32,000 nt of DNA, taken from the NCBI RefSeq assembly GCF_000981785.2, contig NZ_CP011304.1, positions 2,730,001 through 2,762,000 of the forward strand, given 5' to 3'. Each line of letters starts with the position of its first letter. Within the stretch, counting starts at the first letter, position 1. The notes beneath the pieces were generated by a model, which had not been told where the DNA came from, made no database searches, and saw only the letters and a list, made by a program, of their open reading frames with translations. Source of the stretch: Microcystis aeruginosa NIES-2549 (GTDB lineage: Bacteria; Cyanobacteriota; Cyanobacteriia; Cyanobacteriales; Microcystaceae). Shown piece by piece: positions 19,451-28,189 of this stretch. The translations under genes were made by a program, and so were the position numbers.

Positions 19451-21085
19451 TTGATCGCAGTGACAACTCAAACCCCCCTTCCTACCCCTCAAGAGACTTT
19501 GCCCTCAGAGTCCTTCACTAATAGCCTTAATCGTCAAATAATCATCATTCTTGACTTTGGCTCCCAGTATTCTGAATTAATCGCCCGCAGAATCAGGGAA
19601 ACGAACGTTTACTCCGAAGTTCTCTCCTATCGTACCAGTGCCGAACAATTGGCCCAAATCAACCCGAAAGGAATAATTCTTTCGGGCGGTCCCAATTCCG
19701 TCTATGATCCGGGGGCGCCCCACTGTGATCCCGAAATTTGGAATTTAGGTGTACCCATCCTCGGAGTTTGCTACGGGATGCAATTGATGGTACAGCAGTT
19801 AGGGGGCAGGGTAGAACGGGCAAAACGGGCCGAATACGGCAAAGCATCCCTATTTATCAACGATCCTACCGATTTATTAACCAATGTCGACAACGGTTCC
19901 ACCGCTTGGATGAGTCACGGGGATTCCTGCGTGGAATTGCCCCCAGGTTTTCAAATTCTCGCTCATACCGATAATACCGATTGTGCGGCCATTGCCGATC
20001 ACCAGAAAAAACTCTTTGGAGTGCAGTTTCACCCGGAAGTTGTCCATTCTGTGGGAGGAATCGCCTTAATTCGCAATTTCGTCTATCATATCTGCAAATG
20101 CGAACCCACTTGGACCACGGAAGCTTTTGTCGAGGAATCGATCCGAGAAATTAGGGCAAAAGTGGGCGATAAGCGAGTTTTATTGGCTTTATCTGGCGGT
20201 GTGGACTCCTCTACCTTAGCATTCTTGTTGCATCGAGCGATCGGTGATCAACTAACCTGTATGTTTATCGATCAGGGATTCATGCGTAAGGGTGAACCAG
20301 AACGATTAATGCAGATATTTAACGAGCAATTCCATATTAGAGTCGAGTATGTCAACGCTAGAGAGCGATTTTTAGCGCAAGTGGCCGGTGTCACCGATCC
20401 CGAAGAAAAGCGCCGTCGTATCGGCCATGAATTTATTCAGGTGTTTGAAGAAGAATCGAATCGTTTGGGACCCTTTGATTATCTGGCCCAAGGAACTTTA
20501 TATCCCGATGTGATTGAATCGGCCGATAGTAATGTCGATCCCAAAACCGGGGAAAGAGTCGCGGTTAAAATTAAAAGTCATCATAACGTTGGTGGACTGC
20601 CGAAAAATCTCCGGTTTAAATTGGTCGAACCCCTGCGAAAATTATTCAAGGATGAGGTGAGAAAATTAGGTCGATCGATCGGTCTTCCGGAAGAAATTGT
20701 TCGTCGTCAACCTTTCCCCGGCCCTGGTTTAGCGATTCGCATTTTAGGGGAAGTCACCGCAGATAAATTAAATATTTTGCGCGATGCAGATTGGGTGGTG
20801 CGCGATGAGATTAATAAGCAGGGAATGTATCACGATTTCTGGCAAGCTTTCGCGGTTTTATTGCCTGTCCGCAGTGTGGGAGTGATGGGAGATCAACGCA
20901 CCTACGCTTATCCTATTGTCCTACGTTTAGTCAGCAGTGAAGACGGAATGACTGCCGATTGGTCGCGGGTTCCCTATGATTTATTGGAGACAATTTCTAA
21001 TCGCATTGTCAATGAAGTTAAGGGAGTTAACCGCGTGGTTTATGATATTACTTCTAAGCCACCCGGAACTATAGAATGGGAGTAG
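19451..21085 (+). CDS. guaA: GMP synthase (glutamine-hydrolysing)
   Basis: The GATase domain has GVCYGMQL and QFHPEV. The ATP-PPase P-loop is [10 protein letters not shown]. The C-terminal dimerisation motif is GTIEWE. The start could be TTG 19451 or GTG 19460. Confidence 0.95.
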   Translation: MIAVTTQTPLPTPQETLPSESFTNSLNRQIIIILDFGSQYSELIARRIRETNVYSEVLSYRTSAEQLAQINPKGIILSGGPNSVYDPGAPHCDPEIWNLGVPILGVCYGMQLMVQQLGGRVERAKRAEYGKASLFINDPTDLLTNVDNGSTAWMSHGDSCVELPPGFQILAHTDNTDCAAIADHQKKLFGVQFHPEVVHSVGGIALIRNFVYHICKCEPTWTTEAFVEESIREIRAKVGDKRVLLALSGGVDSSTLAFLLHRAIGDQLTCMFIDQGFMRKGEPERLMQIFNEQFHIRVEYVNARERFLAQVAGVTDPEEKRRRIGHEFIQVFEEESNRLGPFDYLAQGTLYPDVIESADSNVDPKTGERVAVKIKSHHNVGGLPKNLRFKLVEPLRKLFKDEVRKLGRSIGLPEEIVRRQPFPGPGLAIRILGEVTADKLNILRDADWVVRDEINKQGMYHDFWQAFAVLLPVRSVGVMGDQRTYAYPIVLRLVSSEDGMTADWSRVPYDLLETISNRIVNEVKGVNRVVYDITSKPPGTIEWE

Positions 21086-21110
21086 TATTGAATTATTGAT
21101 TGATTGTTAT

Positions 21111-21139
21111 TCCCGTCCAAATATTGGGGCGGGATTTTT
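21111..21139 (+). terminator. Rho-independent terminator of guaA
   Basis: tcccgtcc-aaatatt-ggggcggga (one bulge) followed by ttttt, 26 nt after the guaA stop. Its presence argues against the tracked TTG start at 21096 for the next gene. Confidence 0.5.
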
Positions 21140-21173
21140 GCAGAATAGACAATTGAGGAGATTAATTACTACC

Positions 21174-22415
21174 ATGGCACAGTTAGAGATGTTGGAAGAA
21201 AGAGAAGAGGTGGATTTTGCGGAAGAAGAAGAAGATATTGAAGGAGAATCAGCAAACCAAAAAAAGCTACAACTCAAAGAAATCTCCGAGACTGTTGTTG
21301 CTGGAAGTGATTGGACTACCGCAACGATCCGCGATCAATTAACTCGAGAAAATATTCAACTCAATCCGCGCTTTCAAAGACGAGATGCTTGGAATATTAC
21401 TCGTAAAAGTCGATTTATTGAATCCCTAATTCTAGGGTTTCCAGTCCCACTGATTGTCTTAGCTGCTAATAATAAGGAAAAAGGTAAATTTATCGTTCTT
21501 GATGGCAAACAACGCCTACTAACAATTTTACAGTTTTATGGTGACAGTGACACACCTAATAATAGTTTTACTTTAAAAGATTTAGAATTTCTAGATAATC
21601 TCAATGGCTGCCAATATCAAGATCTAAAAAATGACTTCAATTTAAATGATTTCTTAGACCAACTGGATAATCAAACTATCCGCACGATTGTTATCCGTAA
21701 TTGGAAAACGGAGAGTTTCCTCCATAAAATTTTTCTGCGTCTCAATGTGGAAAATACCCCTTTGTCTTCTCAAGAATTAAGACAAGCATTACACCCAGGG
21801 GGTTTTATTAATTTTTTAGATGATCGAGCGATCGAAAGTCAAGCATTAAAGAAAATATTTAAATCTTCCTATCCCGATTTCCGGATGCGCGACACTGATA
21901 CACTATTGCGTTATGTAGCTTTTCATTATTATTTATCCGATTATCGCGGTGATGTTAAGATACTTCTAGATAAAACCTGTCAAAATTTCAATCAAGAATG
22001 GGAAAAACGCTCAGATGAAATTATCAATGTTGTTGATCAATTTGAAAAAGCTGTCCAAACAACAATTAATATTTTTGGAGAGAAAAACTTTTCTCGTCTC
22101 TGGTTATATAAAGAAGGAAAGTATCGAAGTCAGTTCAATCGAGCAATTTTAGATGTGATGGTTTTTTACTTTTGCGATGATCTAATTAGAGCAGCTGCCG
22201 AGAAAAACAAAGAACAGATAGAAAATGCTTTTAAAGAATTATTATCTAACCCTGACAATGAATTTAGGAACTCAGTAGAAAAAACTACTAAAAGTATTAG
22301 AGCAACTTACAATCGTTTTAATTTATGGGGTCAAGCTTTATCAAAAGTATTAGATATTAACTTCAATATTCCTCAGATGGAAGACAATCGTATTATTTTT
22401 AAGGGGTTAAGATAG
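21174..22415 (+). CDS. DUF262 (GmrSD N-terminal / ParB-like NTPase) domain protein without a DUF1524/HNH nuclease half
   Basis: DUF262 hallmarks are present: LNPRFQRRDAWNITRKSRFIESLILGFPVPLIVL ... FIVLDGKQRLLTILQFY (the DGQQR motif appears as DGKQR) and IFLRLNVENTPLSSQELRQAL. An acidic N-terminal tail follows the ATG at 21174. I see no His-Me/HNH-like motif in the C-terminal 200 aa. Confidence 0.8.
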   Translation: MAQLEMLEEREEVDFAEEEEDIEGESANQKKLQLKEISETVVAGSDWTTATIRDQLTRENIQLNPRFQRRDAWNITRKSRFIESLILGFPVPLIVLAANNKEKGKFIVLDGKQRLLTILQFYGDSDTPNNSFTLKDLEFLDNLNGCQYQDLKNDFNLNDFLDQLDNQTIRTIVIRNWKTESFLHKIFLRLNVENTPLSSQELRQALHPGGFINFLDDRAIESQALKKIFKSSYPDFRMRDTDTLLRYVAFHYYLSDYRGDVKILLDKTCQNFNQEWEKRSDEIINVVDQFEKAVQTTINIFGEKNFSRLWLYKEGKYRSQFNRAILDVMVFYFCDDLIRAAAEKNKEQIENAFKELLSNPDNEFRNSVEKTTKSIRATYNRFNLWGQALSKVLDINFNIPQMEDNRIIFKGLR

Positions 22416-22429
22416 TTAGTTTTTTTACT

Positions 22430-23068
22430 ATGCCGAAATCTCTAAGATTTAGACAACTAACCAAAGAATTGAATCGACTAAAAAAACAATTCCTACCTCG
22501 TAAATTTAGCGAGATAAATGAATATTCTGAAAGACAATTAGCTTTAACTTTTGCCTATCGAGTTTTTGCTCATGCTGAGATTGAATCTTATCTTGAAGAT
22601 CGAGTTTGGGATACAGTACAGACAGCAAAAAATATCTGGGATAATCAAGGTAAAGCTAGTGGAGTTTTGTTATGTGTAATCGCTTTTTCTGGTCAAGAAA
22701 TGGAAGCTCCTCCCGACACCCTTACTCCTCTTAAAGGTAAGAAAAATCTGCCTGAAGATAAACTAAAAATAACTAAAAAAATTGACATAGTGATTAGATG
22801 TTTTAAATCAGTTATCGATCAAAATCATGGGATTAAGGAAACTAACCTATTAAAATTACTCTTACCAATCGGCATCGATAGTGATGACTTAGATAAAGTT
22901 TGGTTAGCCAATATGAATACTTTTGGAGAAGAACGCGGTGAAATCGCTCATTCTTCGGCAATAAAAACGAAAAAACCGCCTAACCCTGCCGACGAATTAG
23001 AAAGAGTTAAACAAATTATTCAAGAATTAGAGAAAGTCGATCAATTGATTACTAATTTGCTCAAGTAA
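22430..23068 (+). CDS. Small all-helical HEPN-like protein (Rx4H motif), putative RNase effector
   Basis: ERGEIAHSS near the C-terminus fits the HEPN R-x4-H signature, with predicted helical context on both sides. It begins 14 nt after the DUF262 gene. It resembles what I recall as the HEPN family named after Microcystis loci MAE_28990/MAE_18760, which I cannot verify here. Confidence 0.55.
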   Translation: MPKSLRFRQLTKELNRLKKQFLPRKFSEINEYSERQLALTFAYRVFAHAEIESYLEDRVWDTVQTAKNIWDNQGKASGVLLCVIAFSGQEMEAPPDTLTPLKGKKNLPEDKLKITKKIDIVIRCFKSVIDQNHGIKETNLLKLLLPIGIDSDDLDKVWLANMNTFGEERGEIAHSSAIKTKKPPNPADELERVKQIIQELEKVDQLITNLLK

Positions 23069-23092
23069 TTCCACTCTTAATAAAACTTAAAT

Positions 23093-23121
23093 TGTTAATT
23101 ATATCAGAAATACAGTATAAT
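23093..23121 (+). promoter_or_regulatory. Candidate sigma70-type promoter in front of the methyltransferase gene
   Basis: TTGTTA (23093-23098), a 17-nt spacer, then TATAAT (23116-23121), 33 nt upstream of the GTG at 23154. Sequence pattern only. Confidence 0.4.
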
Positions 23122-23153
23122 AAAAGGCAGACAATAGAGAGCTAATCATCAAA

Positions 23154-24422
23154 GTGAAACATAGACCAATTGCGATCGATTTATTTGCCGGCTGCGGTGG
23201 GATGTCCCTTGGTCTAGAAGCGGCGGGATTTGATATTGCTGTAGCGGTGGAGTTTGATGCAGTCCATTCCTTGGTTCATCATTTTAACTTTCCCTATTGT
23301 CAAACTATTTGCCGGGATATAGCCAAAGTAACAAGTAGAGAAATATGGGAATTATTAAAACTAAAAGGCTATGCCACCGATGTTAGTTTAATTGCCGGTG
23401 GTCCCCCCTGCCAAGGTTTTTCACTGATTGGTAAACGACAAATAGATGATCCTAGAAATTCTCTTGTATTTGAATATCTGCGGATTGTAGGGGAAATTAA
23501 ACCAAAGTATTTTATCTTTGAAAATGTCCCCGGCATGGCGACGGGTAAACATAAACAATTTTTAGAGGAGTTAATCTCTGAATTTGAAGCTATTGGCTAT
23601 GCAATCAATCAGCCAATTAAAATCCTTGATGCCAGTGAATACGGCGCACCACAAAAGCGCAGAAGATTAATCTTAATTGGTAGTCGAAAAGACGTGACGA
23701 TGGCTAAATATCCCCTGGCAAAGACCGTCGATTTGAACTGGGCCAAAAAATCAGCTTTTACCAGCGTCTATGATGCGATTTCAGATTTAGAATTAATACC
23801 GGCCTTTATCGATACTGATTTAGGCATACCCGCATCAAAATTAGATTATAGTGGTAAGAGGAAAAAATATTCAGTGCAGCCAAGGGATATTTTTAAACTT
23901 TGCCATCAAAGAACAGTAGATACAAAAATCTATGGACATATAGGCTCAGTTCATACCCAAAGATCAATTGATAGATTTATCTTAACCGAACCGGGTACAG
24001 TGGAACCAAAAAGTCGCTTTTTCAAGCTTTCTCCCACTGGTTTATGTAACACTCTCCGGGCCGGAACTAATAGTGATAAAGGGGCCTATACTGCTCCTAG
24101 ACCCATTCACTATTCTATTCCTCGTTGTATTACTGTACGAGAAGCCGCCAGATTACATACATTCCCCGATTGGTTTCAGTTTCACCGCACAATATGGCAT
24201 GGTTTTCGTGAGATTGGTAACGCAGTTATTCCGCTATTATCGAAAGAACTTGGCTCCTCTGTGATGGGAGCAATGAATATCAATACCGCTAATCTCAACC
24301 GAGTTATTTTAGAAAAAATGCCCGAAGACTTATTGCTGTATAATATGTCTCAGGCATCAAACTATTGGGGAATCTCTGACGATGTTATCCCGAAAAGAAA
24401 ACGAGGTGTCTCTCAGAGATAG
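23154..24422 (+). CDS. dcm: DNA (cytosine-5)-methyltransferase
   Basis: All key m5C-MTase motifs occur in order: I DLFAGCGG, IV GGPPCQGFS, VI FENVPG, VIII QKRRR, IX ITVREAARLHTFPDWF and X GNAVIPLL. A variable target-recognition region of about 130 aa lies between VIII and IX. Confidence 0.92.
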   Translation: MKHRPIAIDLFAGCGGMSLGLEAAGFDIAVAVEFDAVHSLVHHFNFPYCQTICRDIAKVTSREIWELLKLKGYATDVSLIAGGPPCQGFSLIGKRQIDDPRNSLVFEYLRIVGEIKPKYFIFENVPGMATGKHKQFLEELISEFEAIGYAINQPIKILDASEYGAPQKRRRLILIGSRKDVTMAKYPLAKTVDLNWAKKSAFTSVYDAISDLELIPAFIDTDLGIPASKLDYSGKRKKYSVQPRDIFKLCHQRTVDTKIYGHIGSVHTQRSIDRFILTEPGTVEPKSRFFKLSPTGLCNTLRAGTNSDKGAYTAPRPIHYSIPRCITVREAARLHTFPDWFQFHRTIWHGFREIGNAVIPLLSKELGSSVMGAMNINTANLNRVILEKMPEDLLLYNMSQASNYWGISDDVIPKRKRGVSQR

Positions 24423-24510
24423 TACGATTAACTGCCAATCGAACTTGACAAACTCGCTCCCATCTTCTCACTCTCCTATACTTTTTAAACAGGATTTACT
24501 ATCATTTTTA

Positions 24511-26130
24511 TTATTCGGGAACCGTCCACCAAGCGAGAGCAAAAGCTTGTTCTTTCTCGTTAACTTGTTGACGATATTGAACCCGAATTTTATACTTTCC
24601 AGAGATGGGGACAGGACAAAAAATATGCTCTAAACTATCACTATCACTCAGGGAAGCACAGGTGTATTTAACATTATTATCCTCTTGAGCAGGTAACAGA
24701 TAAACATCTAAATTATTCAAGCCGCGATCCTGGAAACTTTCATCGATATCATAGAGATTATTGCGATTAGTATCGATTAGTTCTACCAAACGATCCCAAG
24801 CTAAAGTTATCGAAACAAAACTATTAGCTTTTAAGGGCTTCTCTAGGGCATAATCTTGATAACTATTAGCGGTAACTGTAGCGTAATCCCAACCAATGGC
24901 AGGAATAGATTCTGTGGCGGACCATTGACCATTACTAAACTGTTGGTAGGCGCGAAAAGTGTTAAGATGTCCCGTCCCCATCTGCATATCTAAAGGAATT
25001 TTCGGGTTCTTATAAGCATCAGACTCTAACCAAGTTTTTTGGTCTTTAGTTAAGACTGTCCGTCTCATACCTAACCGTAACCCATCCCCCGTATCTTTAA
25101 TTTTATCGGCAGCATTAAGCATTACTGCCTTCATCACTTGATGATGACGAGAATCGAGACTCCAATGGGGATTTTTTTGATTAATTTGTTGATCGCCGTA
25201 TTCTTGTAAAAGCGCCACGGATGCCGTAATATGAGGAGCGGCGAAACTGGTGCCACTAACAGTATTTAATTTACCTTTGAGGTCATAAAGCTCTATTTTA
25301 TTGCCGGGGGCAACTAAATTAATTGACCGCCGCAAACCATCATTAATTTCCCGTTTAATTAAACTGCGACCAATACCCACCGGTAAAGCACTAATATTAG
25401 CAAAATCAACTTTAGTAAATTTTCCTTCTCTTTTGGCTGTATAGGCGGTAGTAATGCCGTTAAAATGATCGGTGGGAATGGGAATTCCTCCCTTACCTTG
25501 ATTACCGGCAATTACATAAAGAACATCATCAACTCGCGATGACCAATCAACACATTGAGTTAATAAAGCTTGACCATCTAATTTTGGTTCCTGTCGCTGA
25601 TCTCTTTGCAAAGATTCCCCAAAACTAAAGTTAATTGCTCGCACATCACCGCTATTTTGTCGGGCAATATTTTGACTGGTAAGACATTCTTCCGGTTGTC
25701 CGCCGCGTCGCAAAGAACCCACCGCCCCCGAATATAATCTCGCTTTTGGGGCCACTCCGGGGATTTTTTTATCATCACTGACCATCACCGTTGCCACCAT
25801 AGCGGCGTGATTATCGAGATAGGTGTTGGGTTTGGCAATTTGATCGCGAAAAAAAACACCAGCTAATTTATAGGGAGGCTGCCAAGCTGCCACTTTATCA
25901 TAACCGAACTGAGCCGGTCGGCCGATTTCCACTTGACCAATGGCAATTTTTCGCCCTAATAAATTATAGGGTTCCCCCCGCAGGCGATCGGCATAAATTC
26001 CCTGTTCACCGATGGAATTAGAAAGAACTAGGGAAGGAAGCAGAATTATCGTTACTACTAACCCGACGACAAACCAAAACCCTCTTTTCATCATCAGCAA
26101 TCCTGCGGCGGTAAGGTGATATCGATCCAT
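24511..26130 (-). CDS. Secreted subtilisin-like (S8) serine peptidase with C-terminal P-domain-like beta region
   Basis: GTSFAAPHITASVALL is the catalytic Ser motif, NHAAMVATVM the His region and INFSFGES the oxyanion Asn region. The N-terminal signal/TM is FWFVVGLVVTIILLP. The start may be the ATG at 26094. See the finding on the Asp position. Confidence 0.85.
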   Translation of the reverse strand: MDRYHLTAAGLLMMKRGFWFVVGLVVTIILLPSLVLSNSIGEQGIYADRLRGEPYNLLGRKIAIGQVEIGRPAQFGYDKVAAWQPPYKLAGVFFRDQIAKPNTYLDNHAAMVATVMVSDDKKIPGVAPKARLYSGAVGSLRRGGQPEECLTSQNIARQNSGDVRAINFSFGESLQRDQRQEPKLDGQALLTQCVDWSSRVDDVLYVIAGNQGKGGIPIPTDHFNGITTAYTAKREGKFTKVDFANISALPVGIGRSLIKREINDGLRRSINLVAPGNKIELYDLKGKLNTVSGTSFAAPHITASVALLQEYGDQQINQKNPHWSLDSRHHQVMKAVMLNAADKIKDTGDGLRLGMRRTVLTKDQKTWLESDAYKNPKIPLDMQMGTGHLNTFRAYQQFSNGQWSATESIPAIGWDYATVTANSYQDYALEKPLKANSFVSITLAWDRLVELIDTNRNNLYDIDESFQDRGLNNLDVYLLPAQEDNNVKYTCASLSDSDSLEHIFCPVPISGKYKIRVQYRQQVNEKEQAFALAWWTVPE

Positions 26131-26174
26131 TTTAAGACAGAAATCTCAGAAAATAGCGAAATCTCTTTTTTTTG

Positions 26175-27260
26175 CTAGGTGGGATGGTAATAAAAAGCCA
26201 CGGACAAAATTAAATAGGTGGCTAGTAATAGGGTTCCATCTAACCAATTGGAACGACCAGTAAAGCTGATTAAATTAGTGACAACCACCGCTACAATTAA
26301 AGCCACCACGTTAAAGGGATTAAAGTTTAAATCCATCGGTTGCTGCCAAAATTGACCGATAAAAACTAATAAAGGAGCCACGAATAAAGCCACCAATAAA
26401 CTATCCCCCATCGCCACGGAAACCGTTAAATCCATCTGATTTTTTAGGGCTAATTGAGTGACGGTAACTATTCCAGAAACATCGCTAATTAAAGGAATAA
26501 AAATCACCCCGATAAAGAGAGGAGTGAGATTAAATCCTTCCATAACCGATTCCACTACATTAACAAATAAATCTGACTCATAGGCTACAGCTACGGTGGA
26601 AGTAAGCAGCACAAGTAACCAAATCCACACTTGAGCTTTTTCTTCCTCACTAACCTGATTGTCGGGGGTATTTTCGTTACTTAATCCCACTTCGTAGAGA
26701 TAGCTATGGGTTTTGAGGGAAAATAATAAAGTTAACCCGTAAACTATTAATAAAACCGTAGCGGTGACTAGGGAAAGACTGAGAATATCGGCAACTTCCA
26801 CCACGTTAGAAGTATATATTACCAAAGTTGGTAAAGCGATCGCTATTACTGCTAAAGTCATGGAAGAACCATTTACCCGCGCTAAAATCGGTTTAAATTC
26901 TTGCTCTTTGTAGCGAATTCCTCCCGTGAGCATTCCCATGCCCATAAATAATAATAAATCGCTGAGAATACTACCGGTAATACTGGCTTGTACGATGTCC
27001 ACCAAGCCTTTTTTTAAGGCAATTAAGGCAATAACTAAAGTGGTAGTATTACCGAAGATAGCATTAACTAATCCTCCCAAAGTTGGCCCGGTGACTACGG
27101 CAACCCTTTCGACAGCCGTACTTAACCAAATTGACAGGGGAATGATCGATAAAGCGGCAGTGATAAAAATAGCTTGATCTCCCCAATTAAGACGACTAGC
27201 GACCACCGATAGGGGAATAAATAATAGGAAAGCAAAGGAGACAATTTTTCTTAAATTCAT
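26175..27260 (-). CDS. CaCA-superfamily cation/H+ exchanger (CAX/ChaA-like) with degenerate alpha-repeat signatures
   Basis: 361 aa with about 10-11 TM helices. The alpha-1 region is LGGLVNAIFGNTTTLVIALIALKKGLVDIVQASITGSILSDLLL. The alpha-2 region is IPLISDVSGIVTVTQLALKNQMDLTVSVAMGDSLLVALFVAPLL. Both align to CAX consensus blocks, but the GNxxE glutamates are missing. Confidence 0.8.
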   Translation of the reverse strand: MNLRKIVSFAFLLFIPLSVVASRLNWGDQAIFITAALSIIPLSIWLSTAVERVAVVTGPTLGGLVNAIFGNTTTLVIALIALKKGLVDIVQASITGSILSDLLLFMGMGMLTGGIRYKEQEFKPILARVNGSSMTLAVIAIALPTLVIYTSNVVEVADILSLSLVTATVLLIVYGLTLLFSLKTHSYLYEVGLSNENTPDNQVSEEEKAQVWIWLLVLLTSTVAVAYESDLFVNVVESVMEGFNLTPLFIGVIFIPLISDVSGIVTVTQLALKNQMDLTVSVAMGDSLLVALFVAPLLVFIGQFWQQPMDLNFNPFNVVALIVAVVVTNLISFTGRSNWLDGTLLLATYLILSVAFYYHPT

Positions 27261-27718
27261 GGGTTATTAATGGCGATTTCTCCCACCATTCCCGCTTCGG
27301 CATGACCCGGAATAGTACAGATTAATTTATACTTACCAGTTTTGAGAGGAACTATGACCCATTCTGCCTGTGCATTAGGTTTTAATTCTAGTTCGTGAAT
27401 TGCCCCTTTAATCTCCACTTTTCCCGCTTCAACTTTCTGCGTCCAACTAGCATCAGCGAAGTCTTTAGCGGTAAAATAATGTTTAGTGGGACTGGGATTA
27501 TCGAGGATTAATTTGTATTTTTGCCCAGCAATAAAGTCTAATTGACTAGGAAAGAATTTTAATTCTCCTTGCCCGGAGCCTAGACTAATTTTAACTTCTA
27601 GAGGGGCGGATCCGGCAAAGGCCGGAAAAGTTACTAACCAACAACTAATTAAAACTATTACTACTGCCACAAATTTTTGATAGATATCCTTGGCATGGAA
27701 GTAGGGACTAGAATTCAT
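27257..27718 (-). CDS. Exported cupredoxin (type-1 copper, plastocyanin/azurin-like) protein
   Basis: An N-terminal signal/anchor (VAVVIVLISCWLVTFPAFAGSAP) is present. The ligand set is His (PTKHYF) plus C-x4-H-x4-M (CTIPGHAEAGM). The RBS is GGAGGAG. The stop overlaps the exchanger start as ATGA (27257-27260). Confidence 0.8.
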   Translation of the reverse strand: MNSSPYFHAKDIYQKFVAVVIVLISCWLVTFPAFAGSAPLEVKISLGSGQGELKFFPSQLDFIAGQKYKLILDNPSPTKHYFTAKDFADASWTQKVEAGKVEIKGAIHELELKPNAQAEWVIVPLKTGKYKLICTIPGHAEAGMVGEIAINNP

Positions 27719-27880
27719 TTTGCTCCTCCAGCTTATAATAGAGAAAATCCGGCGGCTTTGACGATAATTTTAGAACAAGTGGTGATTCTTTCCGGCTCTC
27801 TTCCCTTCCATTCCCTAAAAGTCCCTTGGCCACTGTTCAAACCGCGGGACTTCTAGCCACTGTCAGTTAAATCGACAAAA

Positions 27881-28189
27881 TTAATCTAAGCTATCGGGAG
27901 AATGGGGATAAAGTTGTTCTGCTTCTGGACAATCTTCCGAGACATTAATATCAGGATTCGTCCGCGACACCGATGCCAGTTTTCTGCTCACCGCACCGAT
28001 ACTTTCTAAACGCACCATTTCTTCCCAAGAACTAATTTCGTCTTCTTCTTCTGTTTCGTAGCGAATGGTGACGAGATCGCTTTCTAGATCGACAATACGA
28101 GCATTATCAATCCATCTTTGCTGATCGCGCAAGAAAATGCAGACTTCCTGACCATCCATACAGAATTGATAAATCTTGCGGTGTAACAT
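27881..28189 (-). CDS. Hypothetical acidic protein
   Basis: An isolated 102-codon ORF with an ATG start preceded by aggag. I recognise no motif. Confidence 0.45.
   Translation of the reverse strand: MLHRKIYQFCMDGQEVCIFLRDQQRWIDNARIVDLESDLVTIRYETEEEDEISSWEEMVRLESIGAVSRKLASVSRTNPDINVSEDCPEAEQLYPHSPDSLD

Noticed and set aside
21096-21173. TTG start at 21096 for the DUF262 gene
   Set aside because: The extension would run through the guaA terminator hairpin (21111-21139). The ATG at 21174, with gaggag upstream, is more plausible.
24382-24633. 83-aa plus-strand ORF bridging the methyltransferase 3' end and the peptidase 3' end
   Set aside because: It overlaps two well-supported CDSs, has no motifs and gives a low-complexity Leu/Ser-rich product.
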